From Opitutales bacterium (GTDB lineage: Bacteria; Verrucomicrobiota; Verrucomicrobiia; Opitutales; UBA9783), in the NCBI GenBank assembly GCA_046881885.1, contig JBKSMP010000006.1, positions 50,273-82,272 of the forward strand: a stretch of DNA of 32,000 bases, read 5' to 3'. The position numbers and the translations under genes are program-made. Shown here in pieces: positions 15,766 to 23,637 of the stretch (its first letter is position 1; each line of letters starts with the position of its first letter). The notes beneath the pieces were generated by a model. The model was given only the letters and a program-made list of their open reading frames with translations, was not told where the DNA came from and searched no databases.

Positions 15766-16164
15766 ATGAAAGTAAAAAATATAATATTGTATAGTAGTTT
15801 GTTTGTATCATCTCTTTTAAATGGGATGCCTGAAAAATTGCAAAAAGAAGCTGAAAATGCTGAAAACTCAATGTCTATTTTATTGGGCAAATTTTCAAAA
15901 ACAGATCTTGGAAATTTAAAAAAATGTTTAGAAGAAACTAAAAACAAATTGATGAAATATTCCCAAAAAGATACATCTGGAGATGCGTGGGATCATATTG
16001 CTATTCTAAAAATTGACTTATTGTTTTTAGAAGAATGTTCTGATATTTTGTTGGAAAAATCCACTTTGACACAAGATGAAAAAATGAAAAAAATGAAAAA
16101 ATGGTGTAATAAATCTTACAGATATGAAATTTACCTTGGACCAATTTTAAGAAAGCAACAATAA
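15766..16164 (+). CDS. Small secreted helical protein; tandem paralogue 1
   Basis: MKVKNIILYSSLFVSSLLNG is a signal-like N-terminus. The protein is 132 aa, charged and helical. It shares overall layout and a ...FLE/FLN...LEK...W...C motif order with the next gene. Confidence 0.55.
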   Translation: MKVKNIILYSSLFVSSLLNGMPEKLQKEAENAENSMSILLGKFSKTDLGNLKKCLEETKNKLMKYSQKDTSGDAWDHIAILKIDLLFLEECSDILLEKSTLTQDEKMKKMKKWCNKSYRYEIYLGPILRKQQ

Positions 16165-16338
16165 ATATCCTATAAAATCTTGAAAAACAATTAATAGTAA
16201 TTGATGGTAAAGAAGGATTGTTCAATTTCAATTAAAATCACATTTACCTCCATTCTAAAGAGCTCTGCAAATTTCTTGTGGGGCTCTTTTGTTTTGCCAT
16301 TCTTGACAATTTTCAAAACAATAATTAAAAGAAAAATC

Positions 16339-16710
16339 ATGAAAAATAAGTATGTATTATCAATGTGTATTGGATTAACATTAGCTTATTCTAATATGTT
16401 TGCAGGTGATCTAAAAGAAGCATTATCAAACCTAGAAGTAAGGATAACAAAGCTATCTAAAAGTTTATCTATAGAGGATATTCAACAAATACTACAAGAG
16501 GCGTATTCTTTACGAAAAAAAGCAGAATCTAGTAATATATCCGAAGAAGAAGAAACAAAAGTTCTAGAATTAGAAGAAGATTGTATGTTTCTTAATATTG
16601 CAAAACAGTATTTGGAAAAACCAACCGAAGAAAGTGCAGAAGCATTACAAGAATGGGGAGAATGTAAGCCACATTTAAAACCTATCGTAGATAAAGTCTT
16701 AGAACGATAA
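16339..16710 (+). CDS. Small secreted helical protein; tandem paralogue 2
   Basis: The ATG at 16339 gives MKNKYVLSMCIGLTLAYSNMFA, a signal peptide. The track's TTG at 16201 adds 46 aa with no support. A strong terminator follows the gene. Confidence 0.55.
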   Translation: MKNKYVLSMCIGLTLAYSNMFAGDLKEALSNLEVRITKLSKSLSIEDIQQILQEAYSLRKKAESSNISEEEETKVLELEEDCMFLNIAKQYLEKPTEESAEALQEWGECKPHLKPIVDKVLER

Positions 16711-16733
16711 TAACAAATTTTATCAATTCTAAG

Positions 16734-16766
16734 AAAACTCCACAGAAGCTTGTGGAGTTTTTTATT
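16734..16766 (+). terminator. Rho-independent terminator
   Basis: aaaactccaca-gaagct-tgtggagtttttt: a 7-11 bp stem, a 6-nt loop and a T-run, located 24 nt after the stop at 16710. Confidence 0.65.
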
Positions 16767-16861
16767 TTTGCTGATAGCTAGAGGAAATTTTGCAAACCAG
16801 CGTTTATTTCCGAGAACATTTGCCATTGACTTTAGGAGCAGAATGGGTTGAGTTAGAGAAG

Positions 16862-18619
16862 ATGGATTTTTCATTAGAGCGGTATTTGGATGAGACATTA
16901 AAAGGGTTGGCAGGAACCTTGGAAGGTTTTGGGGATGATTTTGACCCAGAAATTCGACCTGCAGATGAACGTTTTGGAGATTTTCAAGCCAATGGTGTTT
17001 TGTCCTACTTTGGGAAGCAGAAGGCTAATCCGCGTTTAGGTGCTCAAACCTTAATGGAAGCTTTTAAGGCTTTAAATACCTCTTTTGAAGTGAGTGTGGC
17101 GGGACCTGGCTTCTTAAATTTTCGATTAAAAGATGCGGGATTATTACAGTGGCTTTCGAAATTTCACACCAAAGATTCTTATAAAGGGCATTATCGTTCT
17201 ATTTTTGCCGATAAAACCGTTGTGGTAGATTATTCTTCCCCCAATACGGCTAAACGTATGCATGTTGGCCATCTGCGTTCCATGGTTATTGGAGAGGCTT
17301 TGCAACGTTTTATCCGCTTTGGCGGCGGCAAGGTGCTTCGCGATAACCATATCGGAGATTGGGGAACTCAATTTGGTATCCTGCTTGTCGAAATCAAGGC
17401 CGCAAATTACGATTTTAGCGAACCTCCTGAGCAAGCCATCGAAACCCTTGAAGGCTTATATCAGCAAGGTAGCGCTCGCATGAAGGAAGATCCACAATGG
17501 CTCGAAAAGGCTCGTCAAGAACTCGTAAAACTACAGCAAGGTGATCCTATTAACCTCGATTTGTGGAAGAAAATTAATACCATTTCCTACCAAAGCTTTG
17601 ACCTCATCTATAAACGCATGGGGGTTAGCTTCGATTATGTTTTAGGGGAATCCTTTTATCGCGATAAAGTCGAAGCCGTTTATGAGGACTTACAACGCCA
17701 TCACTTGGCCGTCCAAGACCAGGGAGCACTTGTGGTTTTCCATGAAGACCATCCTCGGTTTTGTAAGCAGCCTTTTATTGTTCGTAAGTCCGATGGTGCT
17801 TCCAATTACGCTTCTACCGATTTGGCAACCGTTAAATACCGTATTCAGGAATTAAAGGCAAATGCGCTCGTCTATGTAACGGATTGCCGTCAACGCGACC
17901 ATTTTGAACAATTGTTCCTTACGGTTGAAAAATGGTTTCAAAAAGCTCATTTACCGATTCCTGAATTGTACCACGTCTATTTCGGAACGATTTTAGATGC
18001 TAGTGGTAAGGCTATTAAAACCCGCGAAGGAAAACCTGTACAACTACAAGCCTTACTTGATGAAGCCGTCACACGTGCTTACGCACTTATTAGCGAAAAA
18101 AGTCCGGATTTATCAGAAGAAGAAAAACGTAAAGTTGCTGAAGTTGTCGGTTTAGGAGCTATTAAATACGCGGATTTATCGCAAGAACGTACCGGTAATT
18201 ACCGCTTTGAATGGAATAAAATGATCAATTTTGAAGGCAATACGGCTCCTTATTTGCTCTATGCTATCGCTCGTATTCATACGATTTTCAGAAAAATGAA
18301 CTTTGATGCTTCTACCCTAGATTCCCAAGCATTAGAATCAGTAGATGCATTTTCTACAGAAACCGAACGTGCACTCGCGCGTAAACTGATTGGTTTTCCA
18401 ATGGCTCTAACATTAGCGTTAAAGGAATTAAAACCACATTGGTTGTGTCGCTATTTATTTGAATTAGCGGGTACGTTTTCAAGTTTTTACAATGCCGATA
18501 AGGTTCGCATAGACGATATAAAAGTCCAAAATTTGCGCCTATTACTTTGTCAATCAACGTTGTCCACCTTGGAAACAGGCTTGCATTTGCTCGGCTTGGA
18601 AACAGTACAAAGGATGTAA
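16862..18619 (+). CDS. argS: Arginine--tRNA ligase
   Basis: Class I aaRS HIGH-type motif SSPNTAKRMHVGHLRS is present, with the ArgRS-typical GDWGTQFG and a C-terminal DALR-type anticodon-binding region ending ...GLETVQRM. Start chosen is ATG 16862 (MDFSLERYLDE). The track's TTG at 16790 would overlap the terminator/promoter region. Confidence 0.9.
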   Translation: MDFSLERYLDETLKGLAGTLEGFGDDFDPEIRPADERFGDFQANGVLSYFGKQKANPRLGAQTLMEAFKALNTSFEVSVAGPGFLNFRLKDAGLLQWLSKFHTKDSYKGHYRSIFADKTVVVDYSSPNTAKRMHVGHLRSMVIGEALQRFIRFGGGKVLRDNHIGDWGTQFGILLVEIKAANYDFSEPPEQAIETLEGLYQQGSARMKEDPQWLEKARQELVKLQQGDPINLDLWKKINTISYQSFDLIYKRMGVSFDYVLGESFYRDKVEAVYEDLQRHHLAVQDQGALVVFHEDHPRFCKQPFIVRKSDGASNYASTDLATVKYRIQELKANALVYVTDCRQRDHFEQLFLTVEKWFQKAHLPIPELYHVYFGTILDASGKAIKTREGKPVQLQALLDEAVTRAYALISEKSPDLSEEEKRKVAEVVGLGAIKYADLSQERTGNYRFEWNKMINFEGNTAPYLLYAIARIHTIFRKMNFDASTLDSQALESVDAFSTETERALARKLIGFPMALTLALKELKPHWLCRYLFELAGTFSSFYNADKVRIDDIKVQNLRLLLCQSTLSTLETGLHLLGLETVQRM

Positions 18620-18837
18620 TGGAAGCCTATTTTATAGCGAGTTTGTGCTTATTATTGCTACTTTATATCCTATATGAAGTGCATTTTGAAAATCGGCATG
18701 CGGAACACTATGAACAATTACAAGTAAAGCATGCGTTTTACTGTTCTAAGTGTGATGTTATTTACACGTGTTTAGAGGCTGTAGATGTTGCAGCTTGTCC
18801 CAAATGTTCTCAAGATAATACTTATATAAAATTTTAA
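18619..18837 (+). CDS. Small membrane protein with a C-terminal CxxC...CxxC zinc ribbon
   Basis: The ATG at 18619 overlaps the argS stop (TAATG). MEAYFIASLCLLLLLYILY forms a TM helix, followed by YCSKCDVIYTCLEAVDVAACPKCS. The protein is 72 aa. Confidence 0.45.
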   Translation: MEAYFIASLCLLLLLYILYEVHFENRHAEHYEQLQVKHAFYCSKCDVIYTCLEAVDVAACPKCSQDNTYIKF

Positions 18838-18841
18838 TACA

Positions 18842-19810
18842 ATGAATTTTGGTGAAATAGGAAAGCAGGTTTTAGCAGAAGAAATTGCAAGTTTGAATCG
18901 CTTGTATGAACGATTTGATGATGCGGCTTTTAGTGACGTTGTTGATTTAATCAAGAACCATACAGGAAAAGTTGTTTTTACAGGAATTGGCAAATCAGGC
19001 TATATTGCCCAAAAATTGAGTTCTACGTTTAATAGTACCGGAACACGCTCTGTCTTTTTACATCCTTCAGAAGCCTTACATGGGGATTTAGGAATTTATT
19101 CTAAAGGTGATCCTACGATCTTCTTATCACGTAGCGGAAGCACACAGGAATTATTAAATTTGATCCCTGTAATTCGCCAATTTGATTCGCCGGTAATTGC
19201 GATGGTCGGTAATCTTGTTTCGCCTTTGGCTCAAGCGGCCGATTTTGTATTAGATGCCTCAATCACGCGCGAAGCTGATCCTTTGGGATTTGTCCCTACA
19301 GCAAGTACAACCTTGGCATTAGCACTTGGCGATGCCCTTGCTTGTACGCTGATGCATGCTAAAGGTTTCCAACGCGAAGATTTCCTTAAATTTCATCCCG
19401 GTGGACAACTTGGTAAAAGCTTAGGTAATTGTGTAGGAGATTTAACCTGTCCCTTGAAAGATGTTGCTTGCGTAAAACCAAATGCAAGCTTGCGTGAAGT
19501 GGTTATTGAAATGACCTCTAAGCCTTTAGGGGGAGCTTTTGTGATGGAAGGCAACCAATTTATCGGTTTAATAACGGATGGGGATGTACGTCGTTCTTTG
19601 CAAACTTGTCAATCCATAGAAAAGGTTTTGGCAAAAGATATTATGACCGAAAATCCGATAAAAGTTTCAGCGCAATTGAATCTAGAAGAAGCCTTGCAAC
19701 TTATGGAAGATCGGCCGCAGCAATTGAATGTATTGCCAGTCTTCAATGCCGACCAAAGCTGCCGAGGTTTATTCCGATTACACGATGCTTACGCGACCTT
19801 ACATCGTTAA
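18842..19810 (+). CDS. kdsD: Arabinose-5-phosphate isomerase (KpsF/GutQ/KdsD family: SIS domain plus tandem CBS domains)
   Basis: GKVVFTGIGKSGYIAQKLSSTFNSTGTRSVFLHPSEALHGDLG is the SIS-domain signature of KpsF/KdsD. The C-terminus has two CBS-like repeats. Confidence 0.85.
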   Translation: MNFGEIGKQVLAEEIASLNRLYERFDDAAFSDVVDLIKNHTGKVVFTGIGKSGYIAQKLSSTFNSTGTRSVFLHPSEALHGDLGIYSKGDPTIFLSRSGSTQELLNLIPVIRQFDSPVIAMVGNLVSPLAQAADFVLDASITREADPLGFVPTASTTLALALGDALACTLMHAKGFQREDFLKFHPGGQLGKSLGNCVGDLTCPLKDVACVKPNASLREVVIEMTSKPLGGAFVMEGNQFIGLITDGDVRRSLQTCQSIEKVLAKDIMTENPIKVSAQLNLEEALQLMEDRPQQLNVLPVFNADQSCRGLFRLHDAYATLHR

Positions 19811-19813
19811 GGA

Positions 19814-20200
19814 TTAGTTAACAACTTTATTCTCAAATTGACGCATATATTGCATCAAAAATTGAAATACTTTGTAAAGTGTAGGTTGATCACATTGATT
19901 TTCCTTGATCCGCACAAAAAAGCCAACATCTTGATCGGTTTTAGCAATCGCTTCGACGGGAAAAGGAGTTGTATTTAAGCGGTAATTCATACTAAGGGCC
20001 GATATATAATAATTATAAGGCAAGGGGCTTAGTTCGTAAGTTTTTGTGATAAAGAAAAAAATGGTATCTTCAAATTTTTCAATATTAATATGGATATTAT
20101 TTTCGAATATAAACTTTAAGCATCCTGCATCATTTAAAGCCAGATTTTCGACACCAATGCTTCTTCCAAAATGTTCAATTTCATCATTTATCATAATCAA
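19814..20200 (-). CDS. Class I type III secretion chaperone (CesT/SycN/Scc1-like)
   Basis: 128 aa and acidic. The N-terminus IEHFGRSIGVENLALNDAGCLKFIF...INIEKFEDTIFFFI resembles SycN (ISHFCQDLGV...LQLE...) as I recall it. The gene overlaps the upstream TyeA-like gene by 4 nt (ATGA). Confidence 0.6.
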   Translation of the reverse strand: MIMINDEIEHFGRSIGVENLALNDAGCLKFIFENNIHINIEKFEDTIFFFITKTYELSPLPYNYYISALSMNYRLNTTPFPVEAIAKTDQDVGFFVRIKENQCDQPTLYKVFQFLMQYMRQFENKVVN

Positions 20201-20475
20201 TTATTCTCCTCTAATATACGTGCATCTAAACATTCTTGAATAACATTTAAAAATTGTGTTCGTAAATCCGGATTCGGGAAAATCGTATCCGGATACTTGC
20301 GTATTGCCATTGACAGGTGCGTCAAAAAGAAAATTTTCTCTTCATTGGTATTCAGCTGCAGTTTGTTATACATTTGATTAATAACTTGTGGATCAAGCCA
20401 TTCTTTTAAAATGGACTGCATAATTACTTGTGTAATGTGAAAGGAAAGTTCGGGTATATTGGGATTCTCAATCAT
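20197..20475 (-). CDS. TyeA-like type III secretion gatekeeper subunit
   Basis: 92 aa, the same length as Yersinia TyeA. EKIFFLTHLSMAIRKYPDTIFPNPDLRTQFLNVIQECLDARILEENN lines up with the remembered TyeA sequence [47 protein letters not shown]. The start lies 2 nt after the stop of the upstream gene. Confidence 0.55.
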   Translation of the reverse strand: MIENPNIPELSFHITQVIMQSILKEWLDPQVINQMYNKLQLNTNEEKIFFLTHLSMAIRKYPDTIFPNPDLRTQFLNVIQECLDARILEENN

Positions 20476-20477
20476 GA

Positions 20478-21629
20478 TTATTCGTTATTTTTGGCAAAAC
20501 TATTGGCAGTAAGATTGACAACCATTATATTTTCATTGTTAACAGCTTCTAATTTTTCAGATGCTCGACAAACATTGACAATTGCAAATGATACCTTCGT
20601 ATCTTGGCATGTTTTCAATTCATGTTTTAAGCATTCCCTTATAATAAATAAGTTGTTTTCAAAACAAGAAATGGATTCACCAATATTTTTGGCGGTTTTA
20701 TTGTTTTCAATAAAATTTTCACACAAACATTCGAATGTTTTAACCGGATCGCCATTAAGTGGCAAAACTTTGTCCAAAATAATTTCATTAAAGCTTTTAG
20801 GGGGTAGTGCAATATCATGAACCAAATTGGCAGTAACTTCACGTAATAAAGGTGCTAGTTTATAGCTATCTTCAATACGATTACCATTTTCTAACATTAA
20901 TTTATCTTGAATGCTATTAAGATTTTCAATATTACTTTCTAGTTTCTTAATTTGTTGCTGAAGCTGTTTGTAATCGTTTTCTTGCTCTTGAGATTGTGTT
21001 GAATCTTCCCCTACCGCTCTTTCTCTAGTCTCTTTTGCAAGTGTTTTTAGCCCTGTCAGTTTTCGCTCCCAAACATCTTTGGTTATCTGTAAAGCATTAT
21101 GTTGCTCTGCGACATCGTCGAATGTATTTAGCAACTCTTCAAACTCTTCTGGAGAGCTAGCTCCTTTTTCTAAAAGCGCATTAAATTTATTGCAACATTC
21201 TCGATACTTATCTTCGCTACCACTAAACAACGAATAAGAACGTTGATTGATGGTATTTTGCAAATCTTCATTTGTGTTTTTATTGATTATTTTTAAACGA
21301 ACTTCTACCTGTTTCGAAATACGTTTACCCTGTTGTTGTTGTTCATTTACATTTTCTGCGTCTTTGGTAGCATCTACTTTATTTAATTTAGCTTTTTGTT
21401 GTTCTTTGTTTGTTTTTTCTTCAAGTTCTTTCTTTGTTGTTTTTACTGCGATAATATAAGAAGCAACTTCGTCATCTTTTGTGCTAGCATCAACAATAAC
21501 TTCTATAACAACTTTTTCTCCATTAAGTTTTCCAGTTTGATTTTCTGTACTTACACCATCCGCATCGCCTATTGTATTCACGTAGGCTTGATTGGTTGCT
21601 TGCGTTTGAAGATTTACATTACCTTCCAT
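20478..21629 (-). CDS. YopN/CopN (SctW)-like type III secretion gatekeeper with a low-complexity N-terminal extension
   Basis: The call rests mainly on context: the gene order large protein, TyeA-like, SycN-like matches yopN-tyeA-sycN. The C-terminal helical region CLKHELKTCQDTKVSFAIVNVCRASEKLEAV loosely parallels the YopN C-terminus. The first roughly 130 aa are K/E/Q/N-rich. ATG at 21629; the track's TTG is at 21644. Confidence 0.45.
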   Translation of the reverse strand: MEGNVNLQTQATNQAYVNTIGDADGVSTENQTGKLNGEKVVIEVIVDASTKDDEVASYIIAVKTTKKELEEKTNKEQQKAKLNKVDATKDAENVNEQQQQGKRISKQVEVRLKIINKNTNEDLQNTINQRSYSLFSGSEDKYRECCNKFNALLEKGASSPEEFEELLNTFDDVAEQHNALQITKDVWERKLTGLKTLAKETRERAVGEDSTQSQEQENDYKQLQQQIKKLESNIENLNSIQDKLMLENGNRIEDSYKLAPLLREVTANLVHDIALPPKSFNEIILDKVLPLNGDPVKTFECLCENFIENNKTAKNIGESISCFENNLFIIRECLKHELKTCQDTKVSFAIVNVCRASEKLEAVNNENIMVVNLTANSFAKNNE

Positions 21630-21765
21630 GACATACGCTAACAAAGCATTTTTTGTTCCTAAAATTTTCCTAGGCGCACTTTCATGTCAAAGCTTTTTCA
21701 AAAAAACATTTGACTAATTTCTCCTTAAGGCTGATTTTATTTTCTTTATTACATCGTAAGAACTT

Positions 21766-23388
21766 ATGTTTGCATTTACTGAAGCTTATCGGGGTGGTTT
21801 ATTTTCTAAAAAAAATATCTTATCGAATATTTTGCCAGGAATTATTGTAGGTGTTATCGCATTACCCTTAGGAATGGCTTTTGCGATTGCTTCTGGAGTT
21901 TCACCCGAGAATGGTTTATATACCTCTATTATTGCCGGATGCTTAGTGTCGTTATTTGGAGGAAGCCGTGTTCAAATCGCAGGACCTACTGGCGCTTTTG
22001 TAGTTATTCTTTGTGCTATTACTCATAAATATGGCTTTAGTGGACTTCAATTAGCTACGTTATTGGCCGGAATTTTCTTAGTATTTATGGGGCTTTTTAA
22101 ATTGGGTTCCATCATAAAATACATTCCAGAACCTGTTATTGTTGGCTTTACCTCAGGTGTTGCTTTAACCATATGTGTTGGGCAATGGAAAAACTTCTTT
22201 GGACTTACGGTACAGTTTCAAGGTACGTCTATGGGGTCGAAATTGATGGATTTATTCCATGCATTTCCAACACTTGATAGCACAACAACGCTGATTTCAG
22301 TTGTAAGCTTATGCATCATCATCTTTACCAACAAGTACTTAAAACCGCTTCCAGGCTTTCTTGTAGCCCTTATTATTGCTACAGTCGTACAGTATAGTTT
22401 TAATTTCAGTTCGCTTGCTACGATCGGATCTGCTTTTGGTGGAATTCCGCAAACACTTCCTGCATTTAAGCTTCCTTTAGTCCCATTACACCTCATTCCT
22501 GAACTGATTGGTCCTGCGTTTACCATTGCCTTATTGTGTGCTATCGAATCATTGCTTTCGGCTGCTGTTGCAGATAGTATGATGGGAACGCACCACAATT
22601 CCAATCAAGAATTGATCGGACAAGGCCTTGCAAATATCGTTGCGCCTTTATTCGGTGGATTTGCTGCAACTGGAGCCATTGCAAGAACTGCTGCAAATAT
22701 AAAAAGTGGCGGAAATTCTCCGATATCTGGTATTGTCCATTGTATAACGCTTATCTTGTTTATACTTGTACTCGCACCACTTTCTGTCTATATTCCCATT
22801 GCAGTATTATCAGCCATTTTATTTGTTGTATCCTATAACATGAGTGATTATCGCCGCTTTTTTAGAATTTTAACGACAGCCCCAAAATCGGACTGTTTTG
22901 TCCTTATTATTACCTTTTTATTAACGGTTTGTGTCGATCTTGTCGTTGCTGTCAATATTGGTGTTGTACTTTCCACTTTGTTCTTTATGCGACGCATGTC
23001 TAAAACCGTGCAAATTGAACATAATTCAAACATCGAGCTGTTGCACAAACAATTGCATATCGATGTTCCCCAAGACGTAAGTATTTACTCTATTGAAGGT
23101 CCTTTCTTCTTTGGTGCTATCGAAACATTTCAATCGAAATTGTCCAGTGTCAATAAAGACATCCATACCATTATTATTCGCCTACATCACGTTCCTTTTA
23201 TTGATGTAAGTGCTATCGACTCTTTGCGATTCTTCGTTGCTTCTTTAAAGGAGAAGAATGTAAATGTTATCTTTTGTGAAGCCAATGAGCTTGTCTGCTT
23301 CCGTATGCAAAAATCACGCTTGGATGATGCTTGTCACGATAATTTGTTCAGCAAATCCTTAACTCAAGCGATCGAAATCTTACATTAA
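21766..23388 (+). CDS. SulP-family anion transporter with a C-terminal STAS domain
   Basis: A multi-TM body carries SulP-typical segments (GIIVGVIALPLGMAFAIASGV, QELIGQGLANIVAPLFGGFAATGAIARTA). The C-terminus YSIEGPFFFGAIETF...FIDVSAIDSL is STAS-like. Confidence 0.85.
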   Translation: MFAFTEAYRGGLFSKKNILSNILPGIIVGVIALPLGMAFAIASGVSPENGLYTSIIAGCLVSLFGGSRVQIAGPTGAFVVILCAITHKYGFSGLQLATLLAGIFLVFMGLFKLGSIIKYIPEPVIVGFTSGVALTICVGQWKNFFGLTVQFQGTSMGSKLMDLFHAFPTLDSTTTLISVVSLCIIIFTNKYLKPLPGFLVALIIATVVQYSFNFSSLATIGSAFGGIPQTLPAFKLPLVPLHLIPELIGPAFTIALLCAIESLLSAAVADSMMGTHHNSNQELIGQGLANIVAPLFGGFAATGAIARTAANIKSGGNSPISGIVHCITLILFILVLAPLSVYIPIAVLSAILFVVSYNMSDYRRFFRILTTAPKSDCFVLIITFLLTVCVDLVVAVNIGVVLSTLFFMRRMSKTVQIEHNSNIELLHKQLHIDVPQDVSIYSIEGPFFFGAIETFQSKLSSVNKDIHTIIIRLHHVPFIDVSAIDSLRFFVASLKEKNVNVIFCEANELVCFRMQKSRLDDACHDNLFSKSLTQAIEILH

Positions 23389-23637
23389 CCTTTAATCAAG
23401 GCTGAAGGATACTTTAAAAAAGTTCATTAGTCTTACCATTTTCGTAATACATTAAGAGGCATATTTATCAACAATTTCTTGCAAAGAAGCCAGCAATAAA
23501 AAGTTTATTAGACAATCCCCATACTGGGTGTCTCAAAGATTTTTTCTTTTTACAGGTTATTTACTAAGTAAAGATTTCAGTAAAATAAGGATTGCATAAA
23601 AGCTTGTGGCGACTTTTAATAAAAAGCATTTATAAAT

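Noticed and set aside
16201-16338. The track's TTG-initiated 46-aa N-terminal extension of the small secreted protein. Similar cases are 12023-12070 for the 233-aa protein, 16790-16861 for argS and 27588-27608 for rsmD.
   Set aside because: The internal ATG starts give canonical N-termini: signal peptides, or the conserved starts of ArgRS and RsmD. They avoid overlapping terminators or upstream genes. The extensions are hydrophobic, low-complexity read-through of intergenic DNA.
20466-20495. Possible programmed frameshift fusing the YopN-like and TyeA-like frames, as reported for Yersinia YopN-TyeA.
   Set aside because: The junction reads GCC AAA AAT AAC GAA TAA TC ATG. The TyeA frame has its own TAA only four codons upstream of the ATG, and CAAAAAT is not a full X XXY YYZ slippery heptamer. 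Nothing in the sequence supports recoding.
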